Shown here: positions 7,031-16,057 of the stretch, one piece after another
Layout: each line of letters opens with the position of its first letter
Numbering within the stretch: the stretch's first letter is position 1
Assembly: GCA_049647625.1 (NCBI GenBank)
Contig: JBARYA010000186.1
Span: 1-51,787, forward strand
Length of the DNA stretch: 51,787 nucleotides
DNA from: Microbacteriaceae bacterium
GTDB lineage: Bacteria > Actinomycetota > Actinomycetes > Actinomycetales > Microbacteriaceae
Direction: 5' to 3'
Translations under genes and position numbers: made by a program
The notes under the pieces: generated by a model
What the model was told of the DNA's origin: nothing
The model's database searches: none
The model's input: the letters and a program-made list of their open reading frames with translations, nothing else

Positions 7031-10000
7031 ATGTTCAAGAAAATCCTTGTAGCAAATAGAGGCGAAATCGCGATTCGCGCTTTCCGTGCAGCATTTGAGC
7101 TAGGAGCAAAAACGGTTGCAGTCTATCCGTTCGAGGACCGAAATTCACTGCACCGGATGAAGGCTGATGAGGCCTATCAGATTGGTGAAGAGGGCTATCC
7201 TGTACGGGCATACCTCAATGTGGACGAGATTATTCGGGTTGCAAAACTTTCTGGTGCCGATGCGATTTATCCCGGCTACGGATTTCTTTCTGAGAACCCT
7301 GAGCTTGCTCGTGCTGCGGCCGAAAACGGCATCACTTTTATCGGCCCACGTGCGGATATTCTCGAGATGGCAGGGAACAAGGTCACCTCAAAAGAGAACG
7401 CAATCAAGGCCGGTATTCCGGTGCTCAATTCAACAGCGGCTACAAATGATATTGAACTATTGATGAGCCAATCAGAAGAAATCGGTTTTCCGCTCTTCGC
7501 CAAGGCAGTAGCCGGTGGTGGAGGGCGTGGGATGCGCCGTGTTGATAGCAAAGAGCAGCTTCGTGAAGCGCTGGTCGCCTCCATGCATGAAGCGAAATCT
7601 GCTTTCGGCGATGACACGATGTTCTTGGAGCAGGCGGTTTTACGCCCCCGCCATATTGAGGTCCAAATCCTGGCTGATAATGCGGGGAACACTATCCACC
7701 TTTTTGAACGCGATTGCTCAGTTCAGCGTCGTCACCAGAAGGTTGTTGAAATTGCGCCTGCACCAAATCTCAGCGATGAGCAACGTGCTGCACTCACCTC
7801 AGATGCGGTGAAATTTGCTCGGTCAATCGGCTATATCAATGCCGGAACTGTTGAGTTCTTGGTTGATACTGTGGGACCGCGTGCCGGCCAACACGTATTT
7901 ATTGAAATGAACCCGCGCATTCAGGTCGAGCACACCGTGACCGAAGAAATCACCTACGTCGATCTCGTTGCTTCGCAAATGCTGATCGCATCGGGATCAA
8001 CCTTGGAAGAATTAAACCTCCGTCAGGAAGAGATTCAGATTCACGGTACAGCCATGCAATTCCGAATCACAACTGAAGACCCCTTCTCTGATTTCCGCCC
8101 CGATACTGGCATTCTCAATACCTATCGCTCTGCCGGTGGAGCCGGAATCCGCCTGGATGGTGGAACTGTCAACCCGGGTGCTTTGATTAGCCCACACTTC
8201 GACTCACTTTTGGTAAAGCTCACCTGCCGTGCCTCGACCTTCAAGGGAGCAGTCCGCAGGGCACGACGGGCTCTGGCCGAATTCCGCATCCGCGGCGTTG
8301 CAACCAACATTCCTTTCCTCCAAGCTGTGGTTGAAGACCAGGACTTCATTGACGGAGATCTGAGCACCGCTTTCATCGAGGAACGACCCGAGCTCTTTGA
8401 GCGCAAGGTAACCCGCGACCGTGGAACGAAGATCATGACCTGGTTGGCCGAGACCACGGTGAACAAGCCATGGGGCGAGTCTCCGGTCACAGTAGATCCG
8501 GCTGAGAAGCTCCCAACACTTGATCTTTCTCTGGCGGCTCCATCCGGATCACGACAGAAGTTGTTGTCATTAGGACCGGTTGGCTTTGCAGAAAGCCTGA
8601 GAGCTCAGAAAGAGCTTGCCGTCACCGATACGACCTTTAGGGACGCTCACCAATCACTTTTGGCGACCAGAGTGCGCTCTCGTGACCTTATCGCTGTAGC
8701 GCCATATCTGAGCCGCCTGACGCCGGAATTACTCTCTATCGAAGCTTGGGGCGGAGCAACCTACGATGTTGCCCTCCGTTTCCTCGGTGAGGATCCCTGG
8801 GAACGTTTGGCTGCGCTTCGTGAGGCTGTGCCGAATATCAACCTGCAGATGCTGCTCCGTGGGCGTAATACGGTTGGCTATACCCCGTATCCAGAAATCG
8901 TAACAAAATCATTCGTAGCTGAGGCTTCCCGCACCGGTGTCGATATTTTCCGAATCTTTGATGCGTTGAATGATGTTGAACAAATGCGCCCGGCGATTGA
9001 CGCTGTATTGGAGACTGGTTCAGCACTGGCAGAGGTTGCTCTCTGCTACACCGGAGATATGCTCAATCCGAAAGAGGATATTTACACACTCGATTATTAT
9101 TTGAAACTGGCTGAACAGATCGTTGATTCCGGTGCTCATGTGCTGGCAATTAAAGATATGGCTGGATTGCTGAAACCACCTGCCGCCTCAGCCTTGGTTA
9201 CGGCGCTCAGGGAGAACTTTGACCTCCCGGTCCATCTCCACACCCATGACACTGCCGGTGGACAACTTGCTACCCTGATTTCTGCAAGCCGAGCTGGTGT
9301 GGATGCGGTGGATGTTGCCAGCGCCCCAATGTCCGGTACCACCAGCCAACCAAGTGCCTCGGCTCTGGTGGCAGCGCTCGAACACTCTGAGCGTGAAACC
9401 GGCATCAATCTGGACAATGTTTCAGCACTTGAACCGTACTGGGAAGCTGTGCGTAGCACCTACAAGCCATTTGAGTCTGGCTTGCCAAGCCCAACCGGCC
9501 GGGTCTACCATCATGAAATTCCTGGTGGACAACTTTCAAATCTACGCCAGCAAGCAATTGCTCTCGGCCTTGGCGATAAGTTCGAAATGGTTGAAGATTA
9601 CTACGCTGCGGCAAACAATATCCTCGGACGCCCACCAAAGGTAACCCCGTCTTCGAAAGTTGTTGGAGATCTGGCGCTGTCATTGGCTGCCAGTGGTGCA
9701 GATCCTGCAGATTTTGAGGCTAACCCGCACAAATACGATATTCCGGATTCGGTGGTCAATTTCATGGCCGGCGAATTGGGCAATATCCCTGGGGGATGGC
9801 CAGAGCCATTCCGCACCAAAGTGCTCGAGGGTCGTACCTTCAAGTTCTCTGATCAGACCATTAGCGCAGAGGACGAGGCCCTCCTGGCAAAGCCGGGTCG
9901 CGAGCGTCAACATGCGCTAAACCGCTTGCTGTTCCCAGAACCAAGCAAGCTCTATCAGAATGTCACTGATCAATATGGTGACCTCTCTGTTCTCGAAACG

Positions 10001-10432
10001 GTTGATTATCTCTATGGTTTGAAGCCAGGCGTGGAGCGGGCCATTGAGGTCTCGAAGGGCGTTCGACTCTTTGTATTGCTTGAAGCAATTGGCGAGGCCG
10101 ATGAACGCGGAATGCGCACTGTTATGGCTCAATTGAACGGCCAACTGCGGCCGGTCACTGTGCTCGATAAGAGCATAAAGGTTGATGTCAAACAAGCTGT
10201 GAAGGCAAATCCAAGTGTGCCTGGTGAAGTTGCTGCTCCTTTTGACGGAGTCGTGACACTCAAGGTTGAGCTGGGACAAAACGTTCAGGCTGGAGATGTT
10301 GTTGCCAGTATTGAAGCCATGAAAATGGAAGCGGCGATTACCGCACCGGTCTCTGGTACTATCGCTTCTCTTGCGATTAAAGCAACGCAACAGGTGACCG
10401 GCGGTGATTTGCTGGTAGAAATTTCCAGCTAG
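7031..10432 (+). CDS. pyc: Pyruvate carboxylase
   Basis: The 1133-aa product has a biotin carboxylase N-terminus (MFKKILVANRGEIAIRAFRA), a carboxyltransferase TIM domain and a C-terminal biotinyl domain with the EAMKME motif. Confidence 0.95.
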   Translation: MFKKILVANRGEIAIRAFRAAFELGAKTVAVYPFEDRNSLHRMKADEAYQIGEEGYPVRAYLNVDEIIRVAKLSGADAIYPGYGFLSENPELARAAAENGITFIGPRADILEMAGNKVTSKENAIKAGIPVLNSTAATNDIELLMSQSEEIGFPLFAKAVAGGGGRGMRRVDSKEQLREALVASMHEAKSAFGDDTMFLEQAVLRPRHIEVQILADNAGNTIHLFERDCSVQRRHQKVVEIAPAPNLSDEQRAALTSDAVKFARSIGYINAGTVEFLVDTVGPRAGQHVFIEMNPRIQVEHTVTEEITYVDLVASQMLIASGSTLEELNLRQEEIQIHGTAMQFRITTEDPFSDFRPDTGILNTYRSAGGAGIRLDGGTVNPGALISPHFDSLLVKLTCRASTFKGAVRRARRALAEFRIRGVATNIPFLQAVVEDQDFIDGDLSTAFIEERPELFERKVTRDRGTKIMTWLAETTVNKPWGESPVTVDPAEKLPTLDLSLAAPSGSRQKLLSLGPVGFAESLRAQKELAVTDTTFRDAHQSLLATRVRSRDLIAVAPYLSRLTPELLSIEAWGGATYDVALRFLGEDPWERLAALREAVPNINLQMLLRGRNTVGYTPYPEIVTKSFVAEASRTGVDIFRIFDALNDVEQMRPAIDAVLETGSALAEVALCYTGDMLNPKEDIYTLDYYLKLAEQIVDSGAHVLAIKDMAGLLKPPAASALVTALRENFDLPVHLHTHDTAGGQLATLISASRAGVDAVDVASAPMSGTTSQPSASALVAALEHSERETGINLDNVSALEPYWEAVRSTYKPFESGLPSPTGRVYHHEIPGGQLSNLRQQAIALGLGDKFEMVEDYYAAANNILGRPPKVTPSSKVVGDLALSLAASGADPADFEANPHKYDIPDSVVNFMAGELGNIPGGWPEPFRTKVLEGRTFKFSDQTISAEDEALLAKPGRERQHALNRLLFPEPSKLYQNVTDQYGDLSVLETVDYLYGLKPGVERAIEVSKGVRLFVLLEAIGEADERGMRTVMAQLNGQLRPVTVLDKSIKVDVKQAVKANPSVPGEVAAPFDGVVTLKVELGQNVQAGDVVASIEAMKMEAAITAPVSGTIASLAIKATQQVTGGDLLVEISS

Positions 10433-10449
10433 TCACGCTAGTATTCTCT

Positions 10450-10486
10450 GGGGCTCGACGAAGAAAAGTCGGGCCCCATATTATTT
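10450..10486 (+). terminator. Rho-independent terminator after pyc
   Basis: A 10-bp stem GGGGCTCGAC / GTCGGGCCCC (one G-U pair) with an 8-nt loop, followed by the U-rich tail ATATTATTT. Confidence 0.6.
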
Positions 10487-10533
10487 GCAGATTAGTATTG
10501 TTAGATACCAAGTGTTTAACGAGTGAGGAAAAC

Positions 10534-11712
10534 GTGGCATTGAAGAAGAAGGATAGTGGTGAAGAAACTTCACTTGAGAATTCCTTAACTGCAGATCGTC
10601 CGTTCGAAGGCGCTGTCGAAGAATTCGTCGATGTTGAAGTTGTGGCTGAAGAGCTCACGGAAGAGGCCCCTGAGGTTGATCCAACAGCTATTTTCAGTGA
10701 TACCCGGTCCATCTCGTTAACCGCGATTGCCAACGAGCAGACAGCGATGCCATCACGTCGGGGCAAGGGTGAGAACGGGGACTTTGAAGAAACCGCTGCG
10801 ATGCTTACCGCAGACCGTCTCATTGACCCGAAGCGCCTCAAGCGCCTTGCTCCTGAGGGAGCGCTACAACGCTTGCTCTATGAAGTAACCTTCCATAGCG
10901 TGAACATCGGTGATTCAGCGAAGGTTCGGGCCCGTAAAGCTCAGGATGTTCGTATTTCACGCAAGCTTGAGGGTGGCGCCCGGTTTGTGCCAGTTTTGAC
11001 CCGTAAAGGTGGTGTGGGAAAAACCACCGTAACCACTCTCTTGGGCATGGCTTTGGCAGATGTGCGTGAAGATCGCATTATTGCAATCGATGCCAATCCT
11101 GACCGCGGTACCCTTTCTGAGCGTGTACCGAAACAAACACGCTCAACGGTTCGTGATGTGGTGAATCGGGCAGCTTCGATTACCGGTTTCTCCTCCTTGG
11201 ATTCTATGGTTTCTCGTGATGAGACGCGTCTTGACGTTCTCGCGAGTGACACCGACCCGCTGCTTTCCGATGCATTCAACGAAGATGATTACAATATTGT
11301 CGCCAATATTGTTGAGCGTTATTACTCCATTGTTTTGACCGATTGCGGTACCGGTATTGTTCACTCGGTCATGCGTGCAACGCTGAATCGGGCTGATGGT
11401 CTGGTTATCGTTTCTGGTGGCAGCATTGACGAGGCTCGTCTCGCATCAGAAACCATCACCTGGTTAGAGGCTAATGGTTATGGTGAGCTGGTCAAGCGGT
11501 CGATCGTGGCGCTTAACACAGCGACCCAGGCAACCAATATGATCAAGATCGATGAAATCGAGAGTCATTTCCGTAGCCGAGTACGCGATGTTGTTCGTAT
11601 TCCTTATGATCGCAGTCTGGCTGCCGGTTCGGTTATTGATTACAAGAACCTAGACCAGATAACCAAGCAGGCTGCACGCGACCTGGCTGCACTTGTGGTT
11701 GACGGTCTCTAA
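10534..11712 (+). CDS. MinD/ParA-family P-loop ATPase with an acidic, low-complexity N-terminal extension
   Basis: Deviant Walker A RKGGVGKTTV, plus DANPDRGTL and LTDCGTG motifs. I chose the GTG at 10534 because it is preceded by GAGGAA at a 4-nt spacing; the track start is the TTG at 10498. The N-terminal ~150 aa are rich in E/D. Confidence 0.8.
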   Translation: MALKKKDSGEETSLENSLTADRPFEGAVEEFVDVEVVAEELTEEAPEVDPTAIFSDTRSISLTAIANEQTAMPSRRGKGENGDFEETAAMLTADRLIDPKRLKRLAPEGALQRLLYEVTFHSVNIGDSAKVRARKAQDVRISRKLEGGARFVPVLTRKGGVGKTTVTTLLGMALADVREDRIIAIDANPDRGTLSERVPKQTRSTVRDVVNRAASITGFSSLDSMVSRDETRLDVLASDTDPLLSDAFNEDDYNIVANIVERYYSIVLTDCGTGIVHSVMRATLNRADGLVIVSGGSIDEARLASETITWLEANGYGELVKRSIVALNTATQATNMIKIDEIESHFRSRVRDVVRIPYDRSLAAGSVIDYKNLDQITKQAARDLAALVVDGL

Positions 11713-11725
11713 GCGTTTCACGCTT

Positions 11726-11767
11726 CATCAAAAAAGGATTGGCCGAGAGGCCAATCCTTTTTTGATG
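11726..11767. terminator. Bidirectional rho-independent terminator
   Basis: A perfect 19-bp inverted repeat, CATCAAAAAAGGATTGGCC-gaga-GGCCAATCCTTTTTTGATG. It has A6/T6 tracts on both sides and lies between convergent genes. Confidence 0.85.
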
Positions 11768-11778
11768 TGAGCACTGTG

Positions 11779-13602
11779 CTACTGCTGCATTGAGGTGCCC
11801 TCGGTGGCAGGAGTCGAGCTGTAGATCGAGTCAATGACATCAGCATAGTCGTGCATGATCACGTGACGCTTGATCGACAGCTTCGGGGTGAGGTGTCCCG
11901 ACTCAATGGAGAGTTCATCAGGAACAACAACAAACTTGCGGATCGACTCGGCCCGAGAAACGGTGCCATTTGCCTTATCGATTGCTCGCTGGAGTTCGGC
12001 GAGAACCTTCGGGTTCCGGGATGCCTCTTCAAGAGACATTTCTGGATTTTCATCATTGTTCTTCAACCAGACTGGAAGCATCTCAGTGTCCAGAGAAATC
12101 AGCGCCGCAATGAATGGCTTTTGATCGCCAACGACGACTACCTGGTTCACCAGAATGTTGCCACGTATTGGATCTTCCAATGCTGCTGGTGCAACGTTCT
12201 TTCCACCGGCAGTAATAATGATTTCCTTCTTGCGACCGGTAATGGTCAGATAACCATCATCATCCAAGCTGCCGATATCACCGGTCTTGAACCACTCGCC
12301 ATCGAAAGCTTCTTTCGTAGCTTCCTCGTTATTCCAGTATCCCTTGAACACATCGATGCCCTTGACCAGAACTTCGCCGTCTTCGGCAATCTTGATGCCA
12401 ATGCCTGGAAGTGTTGGGCCAACGGTACCAATCTTGAACTTGCTCGGTACGTTTACGGTTGCGGGAGCGGTTGTTTCGGTCAGACCGTATCCTTCGAGCA
12501 CACGCAAGCCGTGGCTACGGAAGAAGTGTCCGAGACGCAAACCCAATGGGGCAGAACCGGAGATAGCGTATTTCACATTTCCGCCAAGAGCTGCTTTGAG
12601 CTTGCTATAGACCAGAATGTCAAAGAGCTTGAACTGGAGTGCGAGACCGAAGGGTACCTTGCCGGCATCGAGTGCCTTCGAGTGCTCGACAGCGACGCCT
12701 GCTGCCTTGCGGAAAATCTTGCCCTTACCGCCAGCCTCAGCCTTTTGCTCAGCAGAGTTGTATACCTTCTCGAATACGCGAGGGACTGCCAAGAGGAATG
12801 TTGGTTTGAAGCTACCAAGTGATGGGAGCAACTGGGTGGTATCAGCCTGGTGTCCAACTTTGACACCACTGGTAACAGCCAGGACGGCAATGAAGCGGGC
12901 AAAAATATGCGCGATGGTGACGAAGAGTAGGGTCGAAGATCCGCGGGCGACAACCTCAGGCATCGCAGCAGCAGAGTTTCGGCACAGTTCAACAAAGTTC
13001 GAGTGGGTCAGCACACAACCCTTTGGAGCACCAGAAGAGCCAGAAGTGTAGATCAGTGTCGCCATATCATCACCATTGGCAATATTGCGACGGCGCTCAA
13101 TCTCTTCATCACTGACATCGGTGCCAGATGCGCTGAGTTTTTCGAGGTCACCCAATTCGATCTGCCAGTGCTTCTTCACGCCACTCAGATCAGCCTGGAC
13201 CTCATCGAAACGGCTGAAGTGTTCGGCGGTTTCAAGAATGAAGTAGTGCGCACCAGAGTCAGCAATGATGTGATGAATCTGTGAGGGGGATGAGGTCTCA
13301 TAAACCGGCACCAAGAGGGCGCCCGCAAACCAGGCTGCAAAATCAATCAGGGTCCACTCATAGCGGGTCTTGCACATAATGGCGATCTTTTCACCGGGCT
13401 CAACACCCTGGGCAACCAGACCCTTGGCCAGGGCGATGACCTGATCATAAAATTCACGGGTTGTGACGTCTTTCCAACCATCGCCATCAGGCAGGGAGAA
13501 TAGGGCATCATCCGGGGTCAATGCGAGCCGATCAACTAAAAGCTGAGTGGCATTGTCCTGAGGTGCTGCAGGAACAATTGCAGGTACAACAAACTCTTTC
13601 AC
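11779..13602 (-). CDS. fadD: Long-chain fatty-acid--CoA ligase (AMP-dependent synthetase, FadD15-like)
   Basis: AMP-binding motif LIYTSGSSGAPKGCVLTH, plus GYGLTET and a C-terminal GWFKTGDIG...GRKKEII block. Confidence 0.9.
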   Translation of the reverse strand: MKEFVVPAIVPAAPQDNATQLLVDRLALTPDDALFSLPDGDGWKDVTTREFYDQVIALAKGLVAQGVEPGEKIAIMCKTRYEWTLIDFAAWFAGALLVPVYETSSPSQIHHIIADSGAHYFILETAEHFSRFDEVQADLSGVKKHWQIELGDLEKLSASGTDVSDEEIERRRNIANGDDMATLIYTSGSSGAPKGCVLTHSNFVELCRNSAAAMPEVVARGSSTLLFVTIAHIFARFIAVLAVTSGVKVGHQADTTQLLPSLGSFKPTFLLAVPRVFEKVYNSAEQKAEAGGKGKIFRKAAGVAVEHSKALDAGKVPFGLALQFKLFDILVYSKLKAALGGNVKYAISGSAPLGLRLGHFFRSHGLRVLEGYGLTETTAPATVNVPSKFKIGTVGPTLPGIGIKIAEDGEVLVKGIDVFKGYWNNEEATKEAFDGEWFKTGDIGSLDDDGYLTITGRKKEIIITAGGKNVAPAALEDPIRGNILVNQVVVVGDQKPFIAALISLDTEMLPVWLKNNDENPEMSLEEASRNPKVLAELQRAIDKANGTVSRAESIRKFVVVPDELSIESGHLTPKLSIKRHVIMHDYADVIDSIYSSTPATEGTSMQQ

Positions 13603-13743
13603 GGTAACTCCTTCGGCACCAATATGGCGTTGTATGTGTCAGTTAAAGTTATCAAAGATTCAACTTCACCATCCACTGTACCGCCTGATTCCATGCCCTC
13701 GCTTCATCTTGTAAGCTAGGAGGATAAATTTCGAAAGGAAATC

Positions 13744-14436
13744 TTGGTCTACTGGATCCTGAAGAACATTATCGTCGGACCAATCATGCGTCTGATTTTC
13801 CGCCCATGGGTGGTCGGTATGGAGAATATCCCCAAAGATGGGGCAGCAATTTTGGCGAGCAACCACCTCTCCTTTGTCGATTCGATTTTCTTACCGCTCA
13901 TGACGAAGCGTCGTATTTATTTCTTGGCGAAGAGTGAATATTTCTCGGGCAAGGGTTTGAAGGGATATTTCACCAAACTCTTCATGGAAGCTACCGGACA
14001 ATTGCCGATTGACCGATCAGGCGGAAAAGCTTCGGAGGCCTCATTGAACACAGGTCTTCGTGTCCTGAGTGAGGGAAAACTCTTAGGTATCTATCCCGAA
14101 GGCACCCGAAGCCCAGACGGCATTATGTACCGTGGCCGCACCGGCGTTGCCCGGATGATTTTGGAGGGGCACGTACCGGTTATTCCGGTTGCGATGATCG
14201 ACACCGAAAAGGTCATGCCAATCGGTTCGAAATTGCCCAAAATCAGACGCCTGGGAATCATCGTCGGAGAGCCCCTCGATTTCTCGCGATATCAGGGCCA
14301 AGAGGGAGATCGATTCATTCTGCGTTCCATCACCGATGAAATCATGTATGAACTCAACCAGCTCAGTGGCCAGGAATACCATGATGTATACGCCACAACC
14401 GTGAAAAACCGGCCACAGGCAAAACTCAAGAACTAA
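13744..14436 (+). CDS. plsC: 1-acyl-sn-glycerol-3-phosphate acyltransferase
   Basis: HX4D motif (NHLSFVDS) and the YPEGTRS motif. The start codon is TTG. Confidence 0.85.
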   Translation: MVYWILKNIIVGPIMRLIFRPWVVGMENIPKDGAAILASNHLSFVDSIFLPLMTKRRIYFLAKSEYFSGKGLKGYFTKLFMEATGQLPIDRSGGKASEASLNTGLRVLSEGKLLGIYPEGTRSPDGIMYRGRTGVARMILEGHVPVIPVAMIDTEKVMPIGSKLPKIRRLGIIVGEPLDFSRYQGQEGDRFILRSITDEIMYELNQLSGQEYHDVYATTVKNRPQAKLKN

Positions 14437-14552
14437 AAGCTTAAAAAGCGCTGCACTTCGTTCAGAGCTTCTGCGTTTCTCAGTCAGCGCAGGTAGACTT
14501 TATTAGGGCATTTAAGCCCCCAAACCCCTTCAAGACAAAGTAGGAAAAATAA

Positions 14553-15935
14553 TTGGTAGAAGAATTGGGAAACGTTCGAGCATCAGAAGCAGAAATCTTG
14601 GCTTCTCTTGACTCATGGCGGAATCTTCCCATCAAACAGCAACCGCAATGGTCGGACCCGGTAGAGGTCGCAGAAGCATCGGCGAAGCTGGCCAGTTATC
14701 CACCGTTAGTGTTCGCCGGTGAGGTTGATCAATTGCGAGAGCGAATTGCTCTTGCAGCACAGGGCAAAGCTTTCTTCTTGCAGGGCGGCGATTGCGCAGA
14801 AACCTACGCTGGGGCCAAAGCGGACAATATCCGGGAGCGGATCAAGACCATTCTGCAAATGGCTGTTGTGCTCACCTACGGCGCCTCAATGCCGGTTGTC
14901 AAGGTCGGCCGCATGGCAGGACAATTTGCCAAGCCGCGATCAAACGACACCGAAACCCGTGGCGAAGTAACGTTGCCCGCTTACCGTGGCGATATCGTGA
15001 ACGGCTACGATTTCACTCCTGAGTCCCGGAGAGCCGATCCTGCTCGTATGGTGCAGGGCTACAATATTTCAGCGTCAACGCTCAACCTGATTCGTGCCTT
15101 CACTCAGGGGGGATTCGCCGATTTGCGCGAAGTGCACTCATGGAACCAGGGATTTTCGAGAAATCCTGCCTACAACCGTTACGAGAAACTTGCCGGCGAA
15201 ATTGACCGTGCAATGAAGTTCATGGATGCGGCCGGAGCAGATTTCGACGAGCTGAAGCGGGTTGACCTATACACCAGCCATGAAGGTTTGCTGATGGACT
15301 ATGAGCGCCCGATGACCAGGATTGATTCCCGGACCGGTATGCCATACAACACCTCGGCACACTTCATTTGGATTGGTGAGCGAACACGTGACCTTGATGG
15401 GGCACATGTTGATTTCTTCTCGAAGATTCGGAACCCGATTGGTGTGAAGCTCGGACCGAGTGTTGATCGTGACACCGTTTTGCGTTTGATTGACAAGCTT
15501 GATCCTGAGCGTGAGCCGGGTCGTTTGACTTTCATTACCCGGATGGGTGCTGGTGTGATTCGCGATGCGCTTCCTCCACTGCTTGAACTGGTTAAGGGCA
15601 CTGATGCGAACCCGCTGTGGATTACCGATCCAATGCACGGTAATGGCATTACTACCCCGAATGGTTACAAGACCCGTCGTTTCGATGATGTCGTGGATGA
15701 GGTTCGTGGCTTCTTTGAGTCACACCGCGAGGTTGGTACCTTCCCTGGTGGCATCCACGTCGAGCTGACCGGTGACGATGTGACCGAGTGCTTGGGTGGC
15801 TCAGAATTTATCGATGAGGCAACACTGGCAACCCGTTACGAGTCTCTTTGTGATCCTCGTCTGAACCACATGCAGTCGTTGGAATTGGCCTTCTTGGTTG
15901 CTGAGGAACTTTCGCACTCACACGGCAAGAAGTAG
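14553..15935 (+). CDS. aroG: Class II 3-deoxy-7-phosphoheptulonate (DAHP) synthase
   Basis: The 460-aa product has class II features (GGDCAE, KPRS, DPMHGN, HVELTG). The TTG start follows an AGGA SD. Confidence 0.92.
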   Translation: MVEELGNVRASEAEILASLDSWRNLPIKQQPQWSDPVEVAEASAKLASYPPLVFAGEVDQLRERIALAAQGKAFFLQGGDCAETYAGAKADNIRERIKTILQMAVVLTYGASMPVVKVGRMAGQFAKPRSNDTETRGEVTLPAYRGDIVNGYDFTPESRRADPARMVQGYNISASTLNLIRAFTQGGFADLREVHSWNQGFSRNPAYNRYEKLAGEIDRAMKFMDAAGADFDELKRVDLYTSHEGLLMDYERPMTRIDSRTGMPYNTSAHFIWIGERTRDLDGAHVDFFSKIRNPIGVKLGPSVDRDTVLRLIDKLDPEREPGRLTFITRMGAGVIRDALPPLLELVKGTDANPLWITDPMHGNGITTPNGYKTRRFDDVVDEVRGFFESHREVGTFPGGIHVELTGDDVTECLGGSEFIDEATLATRYESLCDPRLNHMQSLELAFLVAEELSHSHGKK

Positions 15936-15956
15936 TAAACACTCAAGGTTTACAAA

Positions 15957-16004
15957 AATGCTCGTTCATTCTGGCTCATATCTGAGCTTCGATGAACGAG
16001 CATT
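15957..16004. terminator. Bidirectional terminator hairpin between aroG and the kinase gene
   Basis: A 13-bp perfect inverted repeat AATGCTCGTTCAT / ATGAACGAGCATT encloses an inner GCTCA-tatc-TGAGC hairpin. An A5 tract lies upstream and a T4 tract downstream. Confidence 0.65.
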
Positions 16005-16057
16005 TTGCTGTGCCGGCTAGCGCCGAGAAAAACGTATCTTCACCCGTTCAAATACTG

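Noticed and set aside
11851-12822. A 323-aa plus-strand ORF, along with other long antisense ORFs such as 3662..4222, 27340..27882, 39170..39700 and 9917..10390.
   Set aside because: Each is a shadow frame opposite a strongly supported gene (fadD, pgsA, murF, rluD, pyc). None carries a family motif.
14500-14535. A C-rich stretch (GCCCCCAAACCCC) upstream of aroG that could hint at a 6C-type small RNA.
   Set aside because: There is only one short C-rich segment and no pair of GC stems presenting C-rich loops. It more likely belongs to the aroG leader.
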